A stretch of 62,345 nucleotides of DNA from contig DAHUYA010000184.1 of NCBI GenBank assembly GCA_027315445.1, positions 1 through 62,345 of the forward strand, written 5' to 3'. The notes under the pieces were generated by a model. That model had not been told where the DNA came from, searched no databases, and saw only the letters and a list, made by a program, of their open reading frames with translations. The stretch's first letter is position 1; each line of letters begins with the position of its first letter. Both the position numbers and the translations under genes were made by a program. The DNA comes from Acidimicrobiaceae bacterium. GTDB lineage: Bacteria > Actinomycetota > Acidimicrobiia > Acidimicrobiales > RAAP-2. Shown piece after piece: positions 47,607-55,706 of this stretch.

Positions 47607-50209
47607 GGCGGCCGAGACCGACGACCCGGCGGATGCGGTGGCGTGAGGCTCGTACATGGCTGGTGCTCGGCACCGCACCGCTCCTCTTGGGGCTGGCCGT
47701 CCTGACCCGGATCCCGGCCTCGGCCGCGCCGGTGCTGCCGCCGCCGGCCGGGGTCGCGGCGACACAGGTACCGGCGACCAAGACAACCACCACCACCGTG
47801 CCGCCGACCACCACGACCACCACGACCACCCAGCCGGCCGGACCGCCGGTCGCCGGCGGGATCGTGCCGTGCCCGGCCGGAGACGTCAACGACACCTGCG
47901 CCGACCTGCCGTGCCCCACCGGCCAGTCCTGCGGATCGGTCGTCGCCAGTCCGACCGTCGGGCTCGGGTCCAACCAGTACGTCTACCTGGCGCTCAGCGG
48001 CGTCGCACCCGGTGACCAGGGCATCTTGGTCTACTACTGCGCCGATCCCGGGGCGGCCACCACCCTGAGCAGCACGACCGCCCCGTACTGCGTCGCCTCG
48101 AACACCGTCGGCAACGAGGACGGTCCCCAGCACGACCCCGCCTTCCCGGCGTCGTCGTCGACGGTCTTTGTGCCCGGGACGATGCAGACCAGCGTGCAGG
48201 CCGGCGAGCTCTCACCTCCCAACACGTTCACCGGCGAGCAGTTCAACGTTGGGACGCCGACCGATTCCTTCTCCTGCGACGGCTCCTTCACCAACCCCTG
48301 CGCCATCGTGGTGACGGACACCACGATCAACCACAGCCAGATCTCCACCGCGGCCAACAGCGTGGTCATCCCGGTGTCCTTCGCCCCGCCACCGAACTGC
48401 CCGCTCAGCGCCGCTTCGGTCACCACGGAGAGCGAGTTCGGCATCGAGCTGCTCATGCCCCAGGTGTCGGTGCTCACCTGCGGGGTCGCCGGCGCGCCGG
48501 TGGTCGCCAATGACACCGCCACCGACGGGCCGAGCGCGGTCGCCGACCTGGCCAACGGGGCGGTGCAGATGGCCTTCACCGACGACCCGGAGTCGCCCGA
48601 CCAGCAAGCGGCATTGGCCAAGGGCAACCTGGCGCTGATCCCGCTGGCCCTCACCGCCAATGCGGTGGCCTTCGACGCGCAGCTCTACCAGGGCGGTTTG
48701 TACTATCCGCTGACGCAGATGGAGCTGACGCCCACCATGGCGGCCGGGCTTCTGACCAACGCCAGCAATTACGGGGGCACCTCGTTCTCGGTCGACGACA
48801 ACGACCCCTGTAGCGGTCCGAGCGAGGCACCCGGGGGCGGCTGCGCGAGCCCCTCGCCGTGCCTGGGGGGCGCGTATGGCGGTGGTTGCTCCCTCTACCT
48901 CCAACTCAACTACCTGTCGGGCTTCAACCAGTTCGTCCAGTTCACCGCCGCCCAGCGTTCGGACAACACCGGGGCCACCGACCAGCTGTTCACCTGGCTG
49001 TGCAACGCACCCATCGTCCCCCTCGACTTCGGCACGAATCCGACCGAGAAGATGTCAGCCGCCCAGGAGCTCGAGGTGGGGCTCAGCGCGCCCAACTCGC
49101 CGCCGGTGACGACCTGCCCGAGCGGGGTGGACCAGGTGCCGGTGCCGGCCCACGCCTCTCCCCAGTTCCAGACGGCGCACGTCCCGAACGTGCAGTGGTC
49201 GGACGTGGTCAAGGAGATGACCGGCCTCAACCCCGGCGCGGCGGCCGGCTTCGCCGACATGAACTGGGCCGAGGCCCGCTACTACGGCATGAGCGCCGCC
49301 GCCCTGCAGAACGCCGCCGGCACGTTCGTGGCACCTGATGCCCAATCGCTCGACGCCGCGGTCAGCGACGCCACTCACAACCCTGACGGCTCGCTCACCT
49401 TCCACAACCTGGCCTCCGATCCGGCCGCCTACCCCATGCCGAGCATCATCTACGCCGCCATCCCCAAGAACCTGACACCCGGCCCGGCCACCGATGCCAT
49501 GGGGATCGTCCTCGACGCCATCCTCTCCATGACCGGAGCCGGCGCGCCGGGCAACAGCTCCCTCCCGCAGGGCTTCGTGCCGCTGCCCCAGTCGCTCACC
49601 ACGCAGGCCCAAAACGACCTCGCGACGTACCTGCCGGTGTCGCCGTCGACCAGCCCGACCTCGTCGAACCCCGGCGGGGGCTCGCCGACCTCTTCGGGTG
49701 GCCAGCCGACGTCGACCGGCGGCGGGTCACCAGGGTCCGCTCCCAACCCGTACGGCACCGCCTTGGCCACTGCCAACGGCAGCACCGTCGCCACCGGGTC
49801 GAACGTCCTCGGGGTGTCGCTGCCGACGTTCACGCGGACTGGCGCAACCGCGATCCCGAGCAGGACCGGCAAAGGTCCGAAGCGGCGCGCCGGTCCGTCG
49901 GGACCGCTCCTCGGACCTGAGCTCCCCGGGTATGCGCTGGTGGCCAGCAAGGGCAGCACCCTCGTCACCACGCTTCTGGGCGCCGGGTTGCTGGTGGTCG
50001 CTCTCGGCATGTTGGCGATGGGAGGGGGGTTGGCCACGCGCCGACGACGACCGGTCGTGGCGGCTGACGGCGACGGAGACGGAGACGGTGAGGCGACGGG
50101 CGAATCCGGCGAGCCGGGTCGTAGGGCCCACGGACCACCACCCGAACGCGGGGTCGGAGCGCACTCGGCCCCCCCCGGCCCGGACGAGAGCGACCTTCGT
50201 GACGACTGA
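47603..50209 (+). CDS. large Cys-rich surface protein: Thr-rich linker, Cys-rich N-domain, degenerate PBP/PstS-like domain, Ser/Gly/Pro stalk, C-terminal TM + RRRR + acidic DG-repeat tail
   Basis: ORF 47603..50209, ATGA overlap with the upstream gene. Signal peptide; poly-T; many Cys pairs; ...LALIPLALTANAVAFDAQL...YPMPSIIYAAIPKN...; ...LVTTLLGAGLLVVALGMLAMGGGLATRRRRPVVAADGDGDGDGE. Confidence 0.7.
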   Translation: MRRPRPTTRRMRWREARTWLVLGTAPLLLGLAVLTRIPASAAPVLPPPAGVAATQVPATKTTTTTVPPTTTTTTTTQPAGPPVAGGIVPCPAGDVNDTCADLPCPTGQSCGSVVASPTVGLGSNQYVYLALSGVAPGDQGILVYYCADPGAATTLSSTTAPYCVASNTVGNEDGPQHDPAFPASSSTVFVPGTMQTSVQAGELSPPNTFTGEQFNVGTPTDSFSCDGSFTNPCAIVVTDTTINHSQISTAANSVVIPVSFAPPPNCPLSAASVTTESEFGIELLMPQVSVLTCGVAGAPVVANDTATDGPSAVADLANGAVQMAFTDDPESPDQQAALAKGNLALIPLALTANAVAFDAQLYQGGLYYPLTQMELTPTMAAGLLTNASNYGGTSFSVDDNDPCSGPSEAPGGGCASPSPCLGGAYGGGCSLYLQLNYLSGFNQFVQFTAAQRSDNTGATDQLFTWLCNAPIVPLDFGTNPTEKMSAAQELEVGLSAPNSPPVTTCPSGVDQVPVPAHASPQFQTAHVPNVQWSDVVKEMTGLNPGAAAGFADMNWAEARYYGMSAAALQNAAGTFVAPDAQSLDAAVSDATHNPDGSLTFHNLASDPAAYPMPSIIYAAIPKNLTPGPATDAMGIVLDAILSMTGAGAPGNSSLPQGFVPLPQSLTTQAQNDLATYLPVSPSTSPTSSNPGGGSPTSSGGQPTSTGGGSPGSAPNPYGTALATANGSTVATGSNVLGVSLPTFTRTGATAIPSRTGKGPKRRAGPSGPLLGPELPGYALVASKGSTLVTTLLGAGLLVVALGMLAMGGGLATRRRRPVVAADGDGDGDGEATGESGEPGRRAHGPPPERGVGAHSAPPGPDESDLRDD

Positions 50210-51224
50210 TCGTTCCGGTAGCCAGCCGCCGGTGGACGAAGGTGTCGAGGCGGTCCCCGAGGGCACTGCGGCGTCGACATCAGGTCTGTCGACTCGGTAC
50301 GTCGACCCCGGGACGGCCGACACCGTCGGACCGGTGATGCCCGGCGCCACCTCAGCCCCGGCGACCTCGGAGGCGCACGGATCTGCCGGCAGCCCCGAAC
50401 CTCGACGGCGGGGTCCCCGCCGGCTCGTCCGGGCGGGGATGGTGGCTTCGACGGTCGGGCTCTGCGTGCTGCTGTTCGGGCTCTACGTCTACGGGTTCAG
50501 CACACTGCAGGAGCACCGCGACCAGCGGCTGTTGCTGAACGAGTTCACCTTGCCGTCGCGTGCGGCGATCCTCTCGGGCGGCGTGCCACCCGAGGGCGAC
50601 CCTGCCGGCATCCTGACCATCCGGGCGATCGGCCTCACCCAGGTGGTTGTGCAGGGGACGACGACCTCCGATCTCCTGAAGGGTCCCGGCGTGATGCCGG
50701 GCACGGCCCGACCGGGGTCGCTCGGCAACTCGGTCATCGCCGGGCACCGGACGATCGCCGGCTCGCCCTTCGCCAACCTCGGCCACGTGCGGACCGGTGA
50801 CGTCATCGAGGTCGCCACCGACGTCGGTGCCTACCGCTACCGCACGACCGCCGTCGGGATCGCCCATCCCGGTGGCGTCGACCCGACCAGCCCGACCCGC
50901 CGCCCCACGCTGACCCTCGTGACGTCGGCGGGTTGTGATCGGTTGTTCGTCCGGGCGGCGTTGGTCTCACGTCCGAACCGCGACCGGGTGCCGCGCCGTC
51001 CACCGACCGTGGCGCAACGCGGCGTGAGCGGCGACGCCGCGGCGGTGCTGCCGTCGGTGCTCTGGGGGCTGGTGCTCCTGGCCGGCTTCGCCACCACCTT
51101 CGTCGCCTACTGGCGGTACCGAGGCCGCCAGTGGTCGGTGTACCTGCTCTCGACACCGGTGCTGCTGGCGCTGGCCTTCCTCTGGTACGAGAACCTGATC
51201 CGCCTACTCCCGGGGACGATGTGA
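50199..51224 (+). CDS. sortase-family (class E-like) protein with non-canonical active-site motif (TLVTSAGC instead of TLxTC) and extra C-terminal TM segments
   Basis: In ORF 49698..51224. GTG 50199 overlaps the upstream stop. N-terminal TM (MVASTVGLCVLLFGLYVYGF), ...AGILTIRAIGLTQVVVQG..DLLKGPGVMPGTARPGSLGNSVIAGHRTIAGSPFANLGHVRTGDVIEV...YRYRT...TLTLVTSAGCDRLFVRAAL, then two more hydrophobic helices. The start is uncertain. Confidence 0.65.
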   Translation: MTTDRSGSQPPVDEGVEAVPEGTAASTSGLSTRYVDPGTADTVGPVMPGATSAPATSEAHGSAGSPEPRRRGPRRLVRAGMVASTVGLCVLLFGLYVYGFSTLQEHRDQRLLLNEFTLPSRAAILSGGVPPEGDPAGILTIRAIGLTQVVVQGTTTSDLLKGPGVMPGTARPGSLGNSVIAGHRTIAGSPFANLGHVRTGDVIEVATDVGAYRYRTTAVGIAHPGGVDPTSPTRRPTLTLVTSAGCDRLFVRAALVSRPNRDRVPRRPPTVAQRGVSGDAAAVLPSVLWGLVLLAGFATTFVAYWRYRGRQWSVYLLSTPVLLALAFLWYENLIRLLPGTM

Positions 51225-51754
51225 TGACACGTGCAATGAATGGGCCCTTGGGTCGCGGACGATGGGCGGTGCTCGCGGCGGCGTTGCTCTCGCTCGGGGT
51301 GCTGCTGACGGCGTGCTCGGATTCGCCACAGGCCGCCACGACCACGACCCCGGCCGCCTCGCCGGCCGGTGCGACCACCACCTCGATCCCGACGCCTCCG
51401 ATCACGTCGGCCACGGTGACCATCAACGGGCACGCGTACCGGGTGCCGACGGCGGGCGGGAAGCCGATCGACCCCTACGAGTCGACCGCCGGTCAGATCG
51501 TGCTCACCGACAAGGGCTTCCTCCCGTACCGCTCCCTGGCGGCGCTCAAGCAGACGGTCACCTGGACGAACCTCAGCTCGAAGCCTGTCCGGCTCGTGCT
51601 GCTGCACGTGAACCCGAGGACCGGCGGGAACCTCTCGGTGACCCTTCCGGTGGGGGGGAAGTACACCTACTCGTCGTCGACCCTGATCAACTTCGGGTAC
51701 CAGTCGAGCTCCGGCTACCACGGCCTCGTCTCGATCGGGGCCTTCCAGACGTGA
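51224..51754 (+). CDS. lipoprotein (lipobox LLTAC), beta-rich C-domain, unknown function
   Basis: In ORF 51131..51754. ATG 51224 overlaps the sortase-like stop by 1 nt (TGATG). MTRAMNGPLGRGRWAVLAAALLSLGVLLTACSDS..., Thr/Pro linker, then ATVTINGHAYRVP...TVTWTNLSSKPVRLVLLHV... Confidence 0.65.
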   Translation: MTRAMNGPLGRGRWAVLAAALLSLGVLLTACSDSPQAATTTTPAASPAGATTTSIPTPPITSATVTINGHAYRVPTAGGKPIDPYESTAGQIVLTDKGFLPYRSLAALKQTVTWTNLSSKPVRLVLLHVNPRTGGNLSVTLPVGGKYTYSSSTLINFGYQSSSGYHGLVSIGAFQT

Positions 51755-51814
51755 CGCCCCACAAGCGGGCGGCGTCTCTTCGGCCCGTCGGCTGGTCGGG
51801 GGGCGGGTGGGGTG

Positions 51815-53023
51815 TCAGCCGGGCACCGGCTCGAGTGCTTTGCAGATCTCGTTGGCCCAGGCGAGAGCATCCACGTAGCTCCGGGCCAGGACCATGAGGT
51901 CCTGCCCGGGCCGGCTGCGCACCCCTTCGGCACCGACCTCCCAGGCCAACACGTCCGCCAGGATGTGCCCGAGGGGACCCGTCCGCTGCAGCAGGGCGTC
52001 GACCAGCTCGTCGGTGATCGCCAGGTTGGCGACCACGTCGTCGATGGGCACGCCGAGGACGAGGTCGAGGGCCGACACGAGCCCGACGGTGAAGGCCGAG
52101 TCCCGCATGGCCGATTGTTCGGTGTTGGCCACCAGCTCGCACATCCGGGCCCTGGTCATGGCGATGGCGATCGTCTCCTCGGGGCCGATGTGGGTGCCGG
52201 CCAGCAGCATGAGGGCGACCCAGTCCCGCAGCCGTCGGGTTCCGAGCAGGACGACGCCCTCCCGGATGGAGCTGAGCTTGCGGTGGATCCCCCGCTCGGC
52301 CCGGACCGGGGCGGCGTGGAGGAACCGGTAGCTGAGGCTCGGGTCGGTCTCGATGATGCCGGCCAGCTCCTGGGCCGAGACGTCCGGGTCCTGCAGCTGC
52401 TCGATCAGGTGGAGGCAGGTCACCTGGGCCGGGTCCAGCGAGCGCCCGGTCACCGACAGGGGCCGGGACAGGAGATAGCCCTGGAAGAGGTCGAACGCAA
52501 GGCCCTCGCAGGTGGCCAACTGGTCGTGCGTCTCGACCTTCTCCGCCACCAGCCGGGCGGCGAAGCCGGAGCAGCGCTCGACCTGCCGGCGGATGTCCCC
52601 GTCCGGCACGTTCTGGACGTCGATCTTGACGAACGACGCCAGCTCGAGGAGCGGCTGGTCACCGTCTGCGTAGACGTAGTCGTCGAGGGCCAGGTGGTAA
52701 CCCTCCTCCGCCAGGCGCCTGCACCCGGCCAGGACCTCTTCGTCGTGGGCCACGTCCTCGAGGACCTCGATCACGGTCTGCTCGGGCGGGAGGCTGACCG
52801 GCAGGTCCCCCACGATGAAGGACCGGGGCACGTTGACGAAGGCGAACTTGTTGCCGACCAGCTGCTCCAGACCGATGTCGAGCCCGGCGTGGACCAGGAT
52901 GTCGGCGGTCTTGCTGTCCGCGTCGACCGACGATTCGAGACCGTCACGGAAGAGAAGCTCGTAGCCGTAGACCTCGAGCCGGGCGTCGAATATCGGCTGT
53001 CGGCCCACGAGGAACTGCACCAT
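51815..53023 (-). CDS. EAL-domain (ELL variant) plus HDOD-domain signalling protein
   Basis: In ORF 51815..53287, ATG 53023: MVQFLVGRQPIFDARLEVYGYELLFRD...FVNV...VIEVLEDV...GYHLALDDY...FVKIDV...LVAEKVETHDQ...FDLFQGYLLSRP, then HDOD-like ...VSAQELAGIIETDPSLSYRFL...VVLLGTRRLRDWV. Confidence 0.85.
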   Translation of the reverse strand: MVQFLVGRQPIFDARLEVYGYELLFRDGLESSVDADSKTADILVHAGLDIGLEQLVGNKFAFVNVPRSFIVGDLPVSLPPEQTVIEVLEDVAHDEEVLAGCRRLAEEGYHLALDDYVYADGDQPLLELASFVKIDVQNVPDGDIRRQVERCSGFAARLVAEKVETHDQLATCEGLAFDLFQGYLLSRPLSVTGRSLDPAQVTCLHLIEQLQDPDVSAQELAGIIETDPSLSYRFLHAAPVRAERGIHRKLSSIREGVVLLGTRRLRDWVALMLLAGTHIGPEETIAIAMTRARMCELVANTEQSAMRDSAFTVGLVSALDLVLGVPIDDVVANLAITDELVDALLQRTGPLGHILADVLAWEVGAEGVRSRPGQDLMVLARSYVDALAWANEICKALEPVPG

Positions 53024-53100
53024 GTGAAAGCGGATTCTACTGTGGGGGCGCACCCCGACGGGGATACCGGCAGTGCCACTTCCACACGGCAATTCTTTCG

Positions 53101-53128
53101 ACCATCGAGCCCAGACCATCGAGCCCAG
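53101..53128. repeat. 14-bp tandem repeat (accatcgagcccag x2) upstream of the EAL-HDOD gene
   Basis: Copies at 53101-53114 and 53115-53128, 78-105 bp upstream of the ATG at 53023 (minus strand). Confidence 0.85.
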
Positions 53129-53340
53129 ACCCCGGTGCGCCGTCTCCGTCCATTGCAGAATCCACGAGGTTGTCCGACTTCGATTTGGGGGCGAGCTCGG
53201 GCGAAATACCGACAGGTTCGTACGCCCACATCTCCCGAATACCGGCCCGTCCGACCCGAGCGACTGTGGAGGTCCCGCGGCCACCATTTCCCTGCGAGCG
53301 TCCCGGGAACAGGCGCCGGCGGGCCGCGGGGGGGAGGGTC

Positions 53341-54083
53341 ATGACCATCCAGGGCAGCTACGACGCAGTGAGCTGCCCGGTCGCCGGCACCTGCGTGGCG
53401 GTCGGCCAGTACACCGGCGGGCAGTCGCACGCCCTGGTCGAGCGGTTCGACGGGACCCGCCGGGCCGCCACCACGGGCATCGACCCGCCGGGCACCACGA
53501 GCGCCGCACTGCTCGGGATGTCCTGCGTGTCGGCCCGCCGCCGCACCGCGGTCGGCTCGGCCGACGGTGCGGGCATGGTCGACGGGCTCGTCCGTTCGAC
53601 GTGGACCCCGATCCTCCTCGCCCTCCCGTCGGGCGCCGCCTCGGCGGCCCTCGTCGCCCTGTCGGTCGACCGCCGCCCCCCTGTCCCCACCGCCTGCACC
53701 ACCAAACGTCGGTGCACCGTCGCCGGGTACCCCCCCGGGAGCCGTCGAGTGGGACGTTCCCCGAGGCCGCCACGTACCCGATGATCTCGAGCTCCGGCGC
53801 CCCCGTGCCCCGGTTCACCAGCGCCGACACCGTCACGGCCACCGCCGGCCAGTCGTTCAGCTCCACGGTCCAGACCGCCTCGAGGCTGCCGGTCGTCCTC
53901 TCCGAGGTGGGCGCCCTCCCGGCCGGTCTCAGCTTCACGGACCTGGGGAACGGTAGGGCCACCATCTCGGGCACGCCGTCGACCGCCGGTACCTACGAGC
54001 TCGGGGTCCTGGCGGACAACGGGATAGGGCGGATCAGGAGCCAGGCCTTCTCCCTCAGCGTGTCCTCCCCGATCGCGTCGTAG
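53341..54083 (+). pseudogene. frameshifted gene: N-terminal Cys-x5-Cys-x-AVG-type repeats (frame of ORF 53170) joined to a C-terminal Ig-like domain (frame of ORF 53073) at a C7 homopolymer (53730-53736)
   Basis: Frame A: MTIQGSYDAVSCPVAGTCVAVGQYTGG...LVERFDGT...MSCVSARRRTAVGS...ACTTKRRCTVAGYPP. Frame B resumes with high GC3: ...EPSSGTFPEAATYPMISSSGAPVPRFTSADTVTATAGQSFSSTVQTAS...LPAGLSFTDLGNGRATISGTPSTAGTYELGVLADNG. No signal peptide at the N-terminus. Confidence 0.6.
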
Positions 54084-54134
54084 CCGACCGACCCACCGGC
54101 GTCACACTGTGGCCCGGGAATCGTCGGAACAGGC

Positions 54135-54731
54135 ATGGCGGCCGACGAGGACCCGACCCACCGGACGCGGCGACGGCGCGGTGGCGCTCAGCAGGAGTTC
54201 GAGCGGTTCGTGGTGTCCTCCACCGACCGCCTCTACCGCGTCGGCTACCTGATGACCTTCGACGCCGCCGACACCGAGGACCTGGTGCAGGAGACGTTCT
54301 GGCGTCTGGCCAGGCACTGGGACAAGGTGCGGGCGCTCGAGCACCCGCACGCCTACGCCCGGCGGACCCTGGTCAACCTGGTGCTGGACCGGGGACGCAG
54401 GATCGCCCGCCAGCAGGGGGCGTGGGCGGGCCTCTGTGCCGACGACGACGCGCCGGACGAGACCTCTCTCCGGGTGCTGCGCGGCGTCGACGACGCCGCC
54501 GAGTTCCGCTGGGCCCTGGCCCTCCTGCCGTCCCATCAGCGGGCGGCGCTCATCCTCCGCTACTTCGAGGACCTCTCCGAGGCCGAGGCCGCCGAGGCCC
54601 TCGGATGGACGGTCGGCGCCGTCAAGAGCTCCACCTCACGCGGGCTGGTGCGGCTCCGCCGGATCCTCGGCTATCGGGACCCCGGGATGCCGCTGCGACG
54701 GACCGACCCCGTGGGGGGCGAGGGCTCGTGA
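54135..54731 (+). CDS. ECF-type RNA polymerase sigma factor (SigE-like actinobacterial group)
   Basis: ORF 54135..54731: region 2 (FERFVVSSTDRLYRVGYLMT..DTEDLVQETFWRLARHWDKV) and region 4 (LPSHQRAALILRYFEDLSEAEAAEALGWTVGAVKSSTSRGLVRLR). Confidence 0.88.
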   Translation: MAADEDPTHRTRRRRGGAQQEFERFVVSSTDRLYRVGYLMTFDAADTEDLVQETFWRLARHWDKVRALEHPHAYARRTLVNLVLDRGRRIARQQGAWAGLCADDDAPDETSLRVLRGVDDAAEFRWALALLPSHQRAALILRYFEDLSEAEAAEALGWTVGAVKSSTSRGLVRLRRILGYRDPGMPLRRTDPVGGEGS

Positions 54732-54946
54732 GCGCGGAGTTCGAGGAAGAAGTGCGGTGGGGGCTCTCGCGGGCGGCGGCCGAGGCAGGCAGCACCGCCA
54801 CGTTGTGCCGGGAGCTGGCCCGACGGGACTTCCGGCCCAGGGCCCGGGGTCGGCAGCTGACCGGTCTCCGGGTGATGCCGACCGTCCTGACCGTGGCCGC
54901 CGTGGCCGCCGTCGCCGCCATGGCCGCCGAAGTGGCTCTCCGCTGA
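54728..54946 (+). CDS. small protein with C-terminal TM, translationally coupled to the ECF sigma (possible anti-sigma factor)
   Basis: In ORF 54422..54946. GTG 54728 overlaps the sigma stop (GTGA). VSAEFEEEVRWGLSRAAAEA...VMPTVLTVAAVAAVAAMAAEVAL. The call rests on context only. Confidence 0.4.
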   Translation: MSAEFEEEVRWGLSRAAAEAGSTATLCRELARRDFRPRARGRQLTGLRVMPTVLTVAAVAAVAAMAAEVALR

Positions 54947-55058
54947 CCGTCCGGGCCACCGCCGCCACCCACCCAGGGGCGCCGGGACTGGTGGCGAGAG
55001 GGCGCCGGTACGCCGGGCCGCGTGACGAGCTCGAGGTCGGCGACGTAGGCTCGGAAGC

Positions 55059-55652
55059 GTGGGCGGCGCGCTCCTGCTCGGCGTCGGCGATCTGGCCGAC
55101 CATCCCTGGCACCACTATTGGACCGGGGGTGCAGAGGGCCTGGTCCTGCTCCTCCCGCTCCTCGGGTTCGGGCTGCTTCTCGCCGGGCTGGCCGCCGTCC
55201 GCTCTCTCCTGCGGCGGGCGACGGCCCTGGTCCACCGGCAGCGGGGGGACGGTCTGCCGGCGGTGCCGCGTCTCCGCCCGGCGTCCCGGGTACTGGCCAG
55301 CGACCGCGAGCGGGACGAGGTCGCCGCCCGCCTCTCCCACGCCGTCGGCGAAGGCCGGTTGACGCTCGCCGAGGCCACCGAGCGGATCGAGGCGGCGCTC
55401 GCGAGCCGGCATCGCCACCAGTTGGCCCGCCTGGTGGCCGACCTCCCGGCGGCCGGCGTCCTCCGAGGAGACGTCGACCACCGAGCGCGGGTCCGGCGCG
55501 ACGTCAAGCTCTTCGCCGTGTGCACCCTGCTGGCGGCGGTGGTGGTTCAGGTGGCAGCTGGCGCGTGGGCCCTCTGGCCGGTCGCGGTGGCCAGTTGGGC
55601 GGCGCTGGCGCTCCTGCCCCGGCCCCCTGCCCGGGGCACGGGCCGCGGCTGA
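55059..55652 (+). CDS. DUF1707-domain membrane protein
   Basis: ORF 55059..55652: ASDRERDEVAARLSHAVGEGRLTLAEATERIEAALASRHRHQLARLVADLP is the DUF1707 motif, flanked by hydrophobic segments. An alternative start is GTG 55263. Confidence 0.7.
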   Translation: MGGALLLGVGDLADHPWHHYWTGGAEGLVLLLPLLGFGLLLAGLAAVRSLLRRATALVHRQRGDGLPAVPRLRPASRVLASDRERDEVAARLSHAVGEGRLTLAEATERIEAALASRHRHQLARLVADLPAAGVLRGDVDHRARVRRDVKLFAVCTLLAAVVVQVAAGAWALWPVAVASWAALALLPRPPARGTGRG

Positions 55653-55706
55653 GCGGCGGGGGGACCACCGCGGAGGGACGGCCGGCGGGTCTGCTTCACG
55701 TCGCGT

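Noticed and set aside
45828-50209. Canonical LPXTG/LAXTG sorting signals in the two anchored PstS-like proteins.
   Set aside because: Only PLPTRE and ELPGYA precede the C-terminal TM helices, and neither fits LPXTG or LAXTG. The cytoplasmic tails are also longer than typical sorting signals. I report them as anchored proteins with only a hypothetical link to the sortase-like gene.
54121-54134. GGAAC motif just upstream of the ECF sigma gene as an ECF autoregulated -35 element.
   Set aside because: It lies only about 10 nt from the ATG, too close to serve as a -35, and no matching CGT-type -10 follows.
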